This document shows, piece by piece, positions 38,967 through 48,300 of a DNA stretch of 64,000 nt. Made by a program: the position numbers and the translations under genes. Where the stretch lies: sequence record LC680884.1. One strand, written 5' to 3'. The first letter of the stretch is position 1. Each line of letters begins with the position of its first letter. A model generated the notes under the pieces. That model was not told the DNA's origin and made no database searches. It worked only from the letters and a program-made list of their open reading frames with translations.

Positions 38967-40739
38967 TTGAATAGTTATGTAATCGATCCAACACAATGGG
39001 GAATTGTTGAAGGTACAGATCCTGTTAATGCTACTGTTAACAAAGATGGTTTTATTAAAGCTATTGAGTATGCAAAATCAGAGGGTTACTATAAAGTAAC
39101 ATTACCTAAAGGAACCTATATGATTAATGGAGTAAGTAATACAACAACAAGTCCTGAAATTGGTGCTGGAATTCGTGTTCCGGGAAATATAGAAATTGAA
39201 ATCACCCCTGATACTACATTAAAAGTAGCACCTAATGATTCTTATGGCTATACTTTATTCTATGTAGCCCCTAGTGAGAAAAATGTTTCATTTTCAGGAG
39301 GAGGTTACTTAGTCGGAGAACGTTATGATCATGATTATAGTTTTCAAGGAAAAGATGGAAACAAGAAAACTCATGAATGGGGTTATGGTATTTACTTTCA
39401 TGGTTCTCATGATGGCTATGTTGAAAAACTAAAAATCATGGATTTTACAGGTGATGGAATTTTTCTTGGTGCTAAAGGATTACTTAACTATACAGGATCA
39501 GAATACCATTATTGTTATAATATTCATATTGAGAAATGTTTTATTTCCAATAATAGACGTAATAATATTTCAGTTACAGCGGCAGAAGTAGTTAGAATTA
39601 AGGATTGTATAATTACTAAAGCTGGTGCTGATGATGGTTGTGCCCCTCGTTTTGGTATTGATATTGAAGGTTATGGAGAAGGTTCTATTGACTATGAGGA
39701 AATTAGAGATGTACTTATTGAAGGATGTACATTTATAGGGAATATAAATGCTTCAGTAAGTAACTTCAATGGTTATGGTGTACGTATTGTAAACAATCAG
39801 TCTGACCATGTAATTAATTATGGAAGTGGTACTGATACACTTATTTCTAATAATACAATGGTTCGTACTGATGGTAAAAATACTGCCATTCAAGGAGATG
39901 GTGTATCATCCTCTCAAAAATGTAATAATTCCTTGATTATTGGAAATACAATCAAAGGATTTAATAAAGGTATTGATGCACGAGGAAAAGGTGTTAATAT
40001 TATTGGTAATATAATTGATGAGATGCATGAATCTGCAGTTGGCATAGTTGCATATTATGCTGACAATGTAACCATTTCAGGTAATAAAGTAATGAATGAA
40101 AATGGAATTGCTTTCTCAATTGATACCTCTTCAAATATTTCTTTAATAGGAAATGAGGCTTATAACTCATCAACAAGAGGTTTAGATATTTTTAGATCAA
40201 CAAGTATTCGAATTAAAGATTTCCATGCAATAGGATGCTATTCAGGAATTCGAATTAGATCATCAGAAGTGAACTTTTTGAATATTCTTGTAGATTTTAA
40301 TGACATTGAAAACCAATCTTATGGTATAGATTTCGATGCAGAAAGTCAAGTTCTATTTGATAATATTACTGTCAAAAAATCTAAGAATTTAAGTATACTT
40401 GGAGTGGCAACAAAATATCGTTTATTTATGAAGGATATTAAAGTATTAGAATCTAAATATATTGTACCGATCCAAATAACAGGTGGTATGGGTCATCGAT
40501 TTGAACGTATTTATATTACAACCAACATTTCAGGTGGACGTGGATTAAATTTAGTAAACACTGAAAAAGTATTAATAAATGATCTACAGGCATATGCGGC
40601 AACAGAAAGTGCATCTATGTCAGCACCATTAGTCTCAACATCATCTAAGAGTACTACTTTAGCTAATAGTCTATATGAAGGTAAGCCTTGGATGCTTGAA
40701 GACGATAGACAGATTAATAATATACCTATAGATGTCTAA
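38967..40739 (+). CDS. Right-handed beta-helix (pectate-lyase fold) protein, possible depolymerase/adhesin
   Basis: PKGTYMI, DFTGDGIFLG, NNRRNNISV and repeated IxGNxI parallel beta-helix repeats. Confidence 0.75.
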   Translation: MNSYVIDPTQWGIVEGTDPVNATVNKDGFIKAIEYAKSEGYYKVTLPKGTYMINGVSNTTTSPEIGAGIRVPGNIEIEITPDTTLKVAPNDSYGYTLFYVAPSEKNVSFSGGGYLVGERYDHDYSFQGKDGNKKTHEWGYGIYFHGSHDGYVEKLKIMDFTGDGIFLGAKGLLNYTGSEYHYCYNIHIEKCFISNNRRNNISVTAAEVVRIKDCIITKAGADDGCAPRFGIDIEGYGEGSIDYEEIRDVLIEGCTFIGNINASVSNFNGYGVRIVNNQSDHVINYGSGTDTLISNNTMVRTDGKNTAIQGDGVSSSQKCNNSLIIGNTIKGFNKGIDARGKGVNIIGNIIDEMHESAVGIVAYYADNVTISGNKVMNENGIAFSIDTSSNISLIGNEAYNSSTRGLDIFRSTSIRIKDFHAIGCYSGIRIRSSEVNFLNILVDFNDIENQSYGIDFDAESQVLFDNITVKKSKNLSILGVATKYRLFMKDIKVLESKYIVPIQITGGMGHRFERIYITTNISGGRGLNLVNTEKVLINDLQAYAATESASMSAPLVSTSSKSTTLANSLYEGKPWMLEDDRQINNIPIDV

Positions 40740-40764
40740 TATTATTTTATCGCATTATTAAAGT

Positions 40765-40776
40765 AACATTTTATTA
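40765..40776 (+). promoter_or_regulatory. AR9-type late promoter AACA-N6-TA
   Basis: AACA-TTTTAT-TA before the endolysin. Confidence 0.65.
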
Positions 40777-40804
40777 ATCTTAATTAAAGGAGGAACTTTT
40801 ATAT

Positions 40805-41977
40805 ATGGGTTACATTATTGATATTTCTCACCACCAACCTTCAAGTGCAATTGATTGGGCAAGAGCGGCTAAAGAAGTAGATCTTATGATTATTCGTGTT
40901 CAATATGGTTCAAAGACTATTGACCGAGAATACAAAAATCATGTGGCTAATTGTAAGAAATATGGCATTCCTTTTGGTCATTATGCTTATGGACACTATG
41001 TATCAGTTAAAGATGCTATTATTGAAGCAAATGATTTCTTAAGCCGTATTGATAAAGATGCTAAATTTCTAGCTCTTGATGTTGAGGATGATACAGTTGC
41101 ATCTTGCGGAACTGCTAATCTTAGAGAAGCTTCACAAGCATTTATTGATACTTGTAGAAAAGCTGGTTATAAGACTGGTTATTATGTATCTCACAATCTT
41201 TATATGTCTTATGGACTGAATAAAGTTGATGCTGATTTCTTATGGATTCCTCGTTATGGTCGTAATGATGGTACAGCTAATAAAAAACCAGATTTCCCTT
41301 GTTGCATCTGGCAATATACCGAATATGGGAAAGTATCATGGTATAACGGTACTCTTGACATGAATTTACTAAATGGTGATAAATCACTTACTTGGTTTAC
41401 TGGTGGAGTTAAAAAAGTTGTTAAAACAGAATCTGCTGTAAAACCAGTTACAGTGTCAGCACCTAAAAAAGAAAGTAAACCTTCTGGTACGTACACAGTG
41501 CAAAAAGGTGATGTTCTTTCCAAAATTGCTAGTAAATTTGGAGTTTCTGTTTCTACTCTTCAAAGTATTAATAGAATTAAAGATCCAAATAAAATCTATG
41601 TAGGTCAAGTTCTTAAACTTAGCGGTAATTCTAAATCAGTAAGTTCTACTAAGACATCTAGTTCTTCTACAACTTATAAAGTAAAAGCAGGAGATAATTT
41701 AACTGCTATTGCTAAGAAATTTGGCTCTACAGTTAATGCTATCGCATCAGCTAACGGAATTAAAGATCCAAATAAAATTTCTGTAGGACAAACACTTAAA
41801 ATTCCTACTAGTGGTAGTTCCACTAAATCATCTGTACAGTATTATACTGTAAAAGCAGGAGATAATGTATCAGCTATTGCTAAGAAATTTGGCTCTTCAA
41901 TTGATCAAATTAAATCATGGAATAAATTAGTTGATGTTAATAAAATCTATGTAGGGCAAAAATTAAGAGTCAAATAA
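40805..41977 (+). CDS. Endolysin: GH25 muramidase with three LysM domains
   Basis: [27 protein letters not shown], then three Y.V..GD....IA.KFG...NKI.VGQ.L LysM repeats. Confidence 0.92.
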   Translation: MGYIIDISHHQPSSAIDWARAAKEVDLMIIRVQYGSKTIDREYKNHVANCKKYGIPFGHYAYGHYVSVKDAIIEANDFLSRIDKDAKFLALDVEDDTVASCGTANLREASQAFIDTCRKAGYKTGYYVSHNLYMSYGLNKVDADFLWIPRYGRNDGTANKKPDFPCCIWQYTEYGKVSWYNGTLDMNLLNGDKSLTWFTGGVKKVVKTESAVKPVTVSAPKKESKPSGTYTVQKGDVLSKIASKFGVSVSTLQSINRIKDPNKIYVGQVLKLSGNSKSVSSTKTSSSSTTYKVKAGDNLTAIAKKFGSTVNAIASANGIKDPNKISVGQTLKIPTSGSSTKSSVQYYTVKAGDNVSAIAKKFGSSIDQIKSWNKLVDVNKIYVGQKLRVK

Positions 41978-41989
41978 TTGGGAAACAAG

Positions 41990-42027
41990 ATAAGCATACC
42001 TCTAAAAAAGGGTATGCTTATTTTTTA
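41990..42027 (+). terminator. Intrinsic terminator
   Basis: ATAAGCATACC / GGTATGCTTAT followed by T6. Confidence 0.8.
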
Positions 42028-42045
42028 TATTTTTACTAAATTAAA

Positions 42046-42057
42046 AACAATTATTTA
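42046..42057 (+). promoter_or_regulatory. AR9-type late promoter AACA-N6-TA
   Basis: AACA-ATTATT-TAG. Confidence 0.6.
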
Positions 42058-42059
42058 GA

Positions 42060-42452
42060 GTGGAGGTGAACTTATTGATTAATCAGAATCAAATAAAGGG
42101 TATCATTGGTAACACTATTAAGGAAGATATTCTTAGCTTACAAAAGAATTCCCTATCAGTAAACTCAAAAAGTGAGACTAAAGATTTTACTAATATAACA
42201 AATTTAACTGAAATATTTAATATGTCTAATATATTAAATACGATTGGGGGAACATCTGTAATAAGCTGTAGTATTAATATTAAAAACAAAAATTCTATAG
42301 CTATTCCTTTTAAGATTACATCATTAGGTTCGGTATTACATGAAGGAAATATAGATGCAGGAAAAGTAATGGCATTTTCTTCACAAAGAAGTGATCTTGT
42401 CATTTCTATAGGAGGAAACTGTACATTAACTTATTCTATTAAAAGTATCTAA
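42060..42452 (+). CDS. Putative tail/fibre-associated protein
   Basis: First gene of a late operon; start probably the GTG after GGAGG. Confidence 0.55.
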   Translation: MEVNLLINQNQIKGIIGNTIKEDILSLQKNSLSVNSKSETKDFTNITNLTEIFNMSNILNTIGGTSVISCSINIKNKNSIAIPFKITSLGSVLHEGNIDAGKVMAFSSQRSDLVISIGGNCTLTYSIKSI

Positions 42453-42463
42453 GGAGGATATTT

Positions 42464-44425
42464 ATGAGTGTAATTTATTCAATTGGTCAAGGAAATTTCT
42501 CAATTACAAGAGATAATTTTACTTCTTTTCCTTTGTTTCAGGAAGAGAGTAATACAATTTTAATTAATGGAAAGACGTATAATAAAAATTCTTTACAAGA
42601 AGAGAAAGTTGCAAGATCACCATACTTTAGTTATTCTGCCCCATATAATGCAAATAATATTAATACTAGAACAAGAACTCATAGTATAAATTATGATGGT
42701 AGAACAGCTTTTGTAGGAGGACGTATACCATATCGCAAAGATGAAACCATTTTTCAAAATTCAATTTCGTTTAATGATGGTACGGAAATTAGAGTATCAG
42801 AAAGTTCTGGAAATACAGCAACTGCTATCTATCAATATAAGTATGGAAAAATTTTAAATACTTATAGATTTTCGAATGGATTAGGAAAAACATCATTAGT
42901 TAAACTAGATGAAAGCTCATTCATTGTTGTTAGAAATATGATAAATTATGGAGGATTTGGGATAAATAATATTGGAAGTACTAGTTCTCCTCCAGCTAAT
43001 GGTGAAAATGCTAAAATTGATTTATACGGAAAAGAGTATTTTGAACTAAATAGAAGTTCTTCTAATGTAATAGTGAATGGAAACTACTATTCCAATTGCA
43101 CTTATTCTGCCGCTGCTCTTAATCAATACAGTTTAGCTTCAACATCAACAGCATATAATACCGTTAATTTAAATGATAGTATTCTACTTTTTGATAAAAA
43201 CTTAAACTTAACTAAAAGTTACACTTTAAATGGAGAAGAAATTTTAAATATTCTAGGTAAAACTTCTAATGGCAGTTTAATTATTTTAACACAAGGTTAT
43301 ATTTTTAATAATGAAACTATAACAAAAGAAGATGGTACAACATATACAATGTCTGGTCCAAAAACAAGATTGCTAGTAAAGAAGATTTCACCAACATTAG
43401 TTGAAACGGTTTTATTCAGTAAAAATATTCATGCTGGATCAACAACAGGATATTCCACATTTGCTAGACAAATACCATATTTTGATTCTAAAGAAAGCTG
43501 TTTATATTATTTACAAATGGAATATATAACTGGTTCAAGCAGTTCTTTATGTAAGTTACCTATAGATATTCCTAATGGAAAAGTAGGTACGGTGACAAAT
43601 CTTAGTATTAACGGATTAGATTTAAAAACACTTTACAATTATCAAGATTATGGTTTAAATCTTTACTCAATTCAAATTGGTTCAATCACTGTTAATAATA
43701 CTAAATACCTATATATTGGAAATGTATTCTCGCATTTAAATGAAATCTTTTATACCGATTGGATTAACTATTATAAAAGAGCATCAGTTTCAAACCCAAG
43801 ATCTGGTTCATTAAATGCATCATATCTTGCAGATACCTATAAAACAAAAGAGTTCCCAATTCATCTTTTAGAATTTGATGATACTGAATTAAATTTAACT
43901 TTAAAAGATTCTCTACCATTCAAAGATATTCATTTGGATGGCGTTAAGGCAATTTTCCCTCTAGGTGATCAATTTATTGTTATTGTTAAAAATAATGGTT
44001 TTTGGGTATATACTACTGATTCCACTACAAAGAGATTTTCATTGATTGAGAATATTACTGATCCAATTAGATCTATAGGCATTGATGATTTAGAAAGAGT
44101 TTGGTTTATAAGAAATAAAGAAGGTGCTAATTTAGAAATGATTAGTCCTTTCTTGTCAGTTGATGTCTCAGTTAGTTTCGAAGATACAGATATTACCTAT
44201 GTGGATCAAAATATTGAAAGTGCAATATTAGTCGAGGCAAGAGATATGACAGGACAATTAAAAGAAACAGAGATTAAATTAATGCTTGAAGGAAATGCAA
44301 TATTTAGAGATAGTCAAGATAAATCATATAATGTTTCTACAAGCTCAACATCACCTACGAGAGTACCAATTATAATAACTGGTTCAGGAGCCATTTCTAC
44401 TTATACTTCTTATGAAGGGAGTTAA
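42464..44425 (+). CDS. Putative receptor-binding/tail fibre protein (beta-rich)
   Basis: 653 aa, Ser/Thr/Asn/Tyr-rich, Ig-like C-terminus. Confidence 0.5.
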   Translation: MSVIYSIGQGNFSITRDNFTSFPLFQEESNTILINGKTYNKNSLQEEKVARSPYFSYSAPYNANNINTRTRTHSINYDGRTAFVGGRIPYRKDETIFQNSISFNDGTEIRVSESSGNTATAIYQYKYGKILNTYRFSNGLGKTSLVKLDESSFIVVRNMINYGGFGINNIGSTSSPPANGENAKIDLYGKEYFELNRSSSNVIVNGNYYSNCTYSAAALNQYSLASTSTAYNTVNLNDSILLFDKNLNLTKSYTLNGEEILNILGKTSNGSLIILTQGYIFNNETITKEDGTTYTMSGPKTRLLVKKISPTLVETVLFSKNIHAGSTTGYSTFARQIPYFDSKESCLYYLQMEYITGSSSSLCKLPIDIPNGKVGTVTNLSINGLDLKTLYNYQDYGLNLYSIQIGSITVNNTKYLYIGNVFSHLNEIFYTDWINYYKRASVSNPRSGSLNASYLADTYKTKEFPIHLLEFDDTELNLTLKDSLPFKDIHLDGVKAIFPLGDQFIVIVKNNGFWVYTTDSTTKRFSLIENITDPIRSIGIDDLERVWFIRNKEGANLEMISPFLSVDVSVSFEDTDITYVDQNIESAILVEARDMTGQLKETEIKLMLEGNAIFRDSQDKSYNVSTSSTSPTRVPIIITGSGAISTYTSYEGS

Positions 44426-44430
44426 GTAAA

Positions 44431-45012
44431 GTGATTGTTAAAACTAGATTAACTTATTTAAATGGTTTTAAAATAAAAAATGAACTTAATGTTAAAGATG
44501 GAAAAATTACGGATTTAAATAATCCTGATAACCATATAATAACAAATACCTTTTATGTTAGAAATATTACTGACTCTATAGGAAAAACGCAAGCAACTTT
44601 ATGTAATTTTAATTCTAATAAACCTGTATTAAGTGGTTTTTCCAATCTGATTGTTAAAGAAAATAAAAAAGATAAAGTATTTTTGACTAATGTAACTTCA
44701 CTTAAATCAACAATTGATGTTAAAATGGACTATACTATTTACCTAAAACCTTCTGTAAATGGTCTACAAGACTTTTCAATTAATGCAGTTTCAGGACATT
44801 CACTAACCGTAAAATTAAATACAAGTGAAGTATCTCTTATTAAACAGGTTAAAGGATTGCCTTCAAGTTTGTATTATGATGCTGATAGTGAAATGATCAA
44901 AGGAACTCCATTAGTTCTTGGTGATTTTGTTATTACAGTAGTTCTTAAAAATAAGAGCGAAGTATTGATTAACTTGAAGGTTTCTAGTGAATATGAAACG
45001 AAAACTGTATAG
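44431..45012 (+). CDS. Ig-like (He_PIG-type) domain protein
   Basis: GLPSSLYYDADSEMIKGTPLVLGDFVITV. Confidence 0.55.
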   Translation: MIVKTRLTYLNGFKIKNELNVKDGKITDLNNPDNHIITNTFYVRNITDSIGKTQATLCNFNSNKPVLSGFSNLIVKENKKDKVFLTNVTSLKSTIDVKMDYTIYLKPSVNGLQDFSINAVSGHSLTVKLNTSEVSLIKQVKGLPSSLYYDADSEMIKGTPLVLGDFVITVVLKNKSEVLINLKVSSEYETKTV

Positions 45013-45014
45013 GG

Positions 45015-45284
45015 GTGTCAACTATGGAAAGTCATGATAAGCAATTTATACTCAGACAAGAAAAAGATGGAAGATGGGTTACAGATGGTTACTTTATTCC
45101 TAGTGGACAACAGTTCTATTACCAACCATTTGATCCTTATACTCAAGAAAATTTTAAAGATAAAGATGATTTAATTAGATATATAAAAAGTGAATTTTCA
45201 TTTTCAGATGAATCTGATACTATAGATAATAATATTATTACTATTTATAATAAAGATAAATTGAATGAAACTATAACAGAGTAA
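45015..45284 (+). CDS. Hypothetical protein (possible fibre assembly factor)
   Basis: 89-aa ORF ending the operon. Confidence 0.55.
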   Translation: MSTMESHDKQFILRQEKDGRWVTDGYFIPSGQQFYYQPFDPYTQENFKDKDDLIRYIKSEFSFSDESDTIDNNIITIYNKDKLNETITE

Positions 45285-45290
45285 ATAATA

Positions 45291-45318
45291 AAAAGATAAG
45301 GATAATACCTTATCTTTT
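45291..45318 (+). terminator. Intrinsic terminator
   Basis: AAAAGATAAGG / CCTTATCTTTT plus T tract. Confidence 0.8.
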
Positions 45319-45338
45319 TATTTTTAATTTCTTATGTA

Positions 45339-45350
45339 AACAAATAGATA
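45339..45350 (+). promoter_or_regulatory. AR9-type late promoter AACA-N6-TA
   Basis: AACA-AATAGA-TA upstream of the RNAP gene. Confidence 0.65.
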
Positions 45351-45375
45351 TTGTTAAGAAAGGAAGTGGGTATAA

Positions 45376-48300
45376 TTGTTTTATCTTGATAATCTCAAGG
45401 AATTGAGAGTGTACTCTAATATAAAACTTTCATCCATTAAAAAAAGGAAAAATGACCGTAATTCAAATTTGATTTTCTTTTCAGGAAATAATCAAAGTGA
45501 AATATTTGATTTTATTAATTCTAATATATTCAGTCCTTCTTTTTTTAGAGGAGTATATATTCCAAGAGCATTCAATACTGTTCAAAAGAATAAAAGAATT
45601 ATTGTAGATCAAAAGAAATATTATGATGAGGTAAAAGCAAAATGCTCCAGTATTATTTATACTAAACGTGCTTTAACTAATTATAATGATCTTAACTTGA
45701 TCTATGATATTACAAATGAGCATCTTGAGAATGAAGTAGAGATTAAAGTTCGTGGAAGAAAACGAGTTGAAATGTATTTTGAGTTTCTTATATCTAAAAT
45801 TAAAGAGGGCGCATCATATGAGAATAAAGCAGTAGCAATTCCTGTTCCTGACAATGTTCTTGATCCATCATTCTTTGACTTAAATAATGCAAGAACACCT
45901 TTTGCTTATATCTATATGGCAATTAAAAGAAAGTTGTTAACAGAGGAACAGAAGAAAGAGCTTAAGAATGTAGACTTTATTTTTTATACTACAGTTAATA
46001 ATACATTTATTAAATTCAATATTAATGATGAACTTTCTAATCTTCTTGCAAATAGATTCCTTAATGCATTAAATATTCTTATTAAAACAGCAAATCATCA
46101 GAGGACTAATAATGATGAAAAACCTTTAGGTAAAGAAGATGCAACTCAAGAAACAGAAAACAAGAGAGATGCATTAGTAAAAGAAAAATCTGAAAAAGTT
46201 AAAGAAAAATTATTAAGTAATTTCCAAATTGATGGAAATACAAAATTATCCAGTAGTGCAATTGAAGTTACTGATAAGATTGGTGATGATATTGAAAAAG
46301 CTATTGATTCAAGTGATGAAGATATTCTTGATAAAAGTGAAGATGAAATCATTGATATCTTAAATAACAGTAAGGAATTAAAAGCTGATGTTTCAACTCT
46401 TAAAGAGCTTCAGTCTACTGGTGGAGATGAAATTAAACAGAGAAAGACTCTTGAACGCCTAAAAGAAAAACAAAAACAAGTTACTCTTGATGATATTAAT
46501 ATTCAAGATATTATTGATGATTTTAAATCAACAAGTATTGACCGAAAGCCAATTACCAATACAAATGTTATTCAAGAAGAAACTAGATATTCAAATCTTA
46601 AAGATTTTGATATGAGCTACTTTGAGAAACAGATGAAAAAAGACTTAGTTGCAGTTCTTTCATCATTTAATGGAGATAGCGATGTTAAATTATTTGTAAG
46701 TGATATTAAAACAGAAGACACATCTACTGATTTATCAAAGAAATTAACTTACACTGTTACTTTCCAAGATGATCGTAATGTAAAGCATACTGTTAAATTT
46801 GATTATCCTATTATCAGAGATGGTAGGTTTATGAATATTAATGGTGGTAAAAAATTAATTCTTAAGCAAATTCTATCTTTACCCATTGTAAAAACAAAAC
46901 CTGATGAAGTTCAGATTACTACTAACTACAATAAGTTTTTTGTCATGCGCTTTGGTTCTAAGCTATCTCATAAAACTGAGAAACTTAAGAAGCTTTTTGG
47001 TATGGATCTAAATGAATTTAAAGTATCAGGTAAGAAGTTTAATTATCGTCTAGGTAACGCTCTAACAATTAATGAGGGATATGAAACAACTCTTGAATAT
47101 AATGAAATCTCTTCCTTCCTTCTAAGCTTAGAGAATGATGAATATAAACTTATGTTCAGTCAAAAAGAAGTAGAAGATTTATTGAAAAGTGATCTTGATA
47201 ATATGGCTAAGCTTGCTAAGATTAATATTGATGATAAACAATTCTTACCAATCGGTCATACAAAAGATAATGAAAATGTTATTGCTCTTAAGCGTTCAAG
47301 TAAAAGAGTTTATCTGATTAATAATAAGAAACAAGAAAATACTGATATGAGTCTTTCAGAACTCATTATTAAAGTTGTTGTTACTTCACTTAGTGAGGAA
47401 GCTTATAAAAAATTATCTTCTTTAAGTAATTCTAAGTCTCTAGCATATAACCGAGTTCGTATTAATAATAGAATGATTCCTTTAGTGGTTCTTCTTGGAT
47501 ATGAATTAGGATTAGAAGATTTATTAGAAAGATATAATATTGAATATAGCTTTGATACTAAGAATAAGAGAATTACAATTGATGATGACTATGATAAGAT
47601 CCGTTTTAAAGATGGATACCTATATTATAATAATTCTTTATTGAGAAATTCCTTATTATTAAGTGGTCTAAGTACTATGGCTACTGAAGAGTATACATTT
47701 GAAGAAATGAACTCTAAAGATCCTTATATTGAAACTTTCTATGAGATGTTTGGTAGCAGAAATATGGGTAAAGGTCTCCATAATACTCTATCTCTAATGG
47801 TTGATCCTATCACATTAGATGTACTGAAACAGTTAGAATTACCTGAGAATATCTATGACATATTGTTGTATGCGAATACCTTATTGGAAGATATGAGCTA
47901 TAGTCCACTGAATGATATGAATTCATATCGAATCCGTGGTACTGAGCAAGTAAACGCCTACTTGTATAAAATCTTGGCAGATTCATTTAAAACGTATAAG
48001 GATACACTGAAAGCTGGTAATCCTATTAAGATGTCTGTTCCACAGGATATTCTATTAAAGACATTAATGAATTCACCTACTGTCGATGAATATAGTGTCC
48101 TTAACCCTTCTTTGGAAATTGAAAAGGGTGGTGCGGCTACTTACAAGGGGCTTTCAGGAAGGAACTTGGATTAAAGTGTTTTAGTCCAATTAAAACCTCT
48201 TTAACTGCTGGAAAACCCTTAGAGCCTTTAATACCAAATCTATATGGAAACATAATAGATGGCTGAATATAACAATTCAGGTATGGTAAAAATTTAAAGG

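Noticed and set aside
48172-48174. In-frame TAA/TGA stops in the RNAP and tail genes as recoding or pseudogenes
   Set aside because: The stops lie at or inside intron 5' ends, and splicing restores the frames. Other genes end normally on standard stops.
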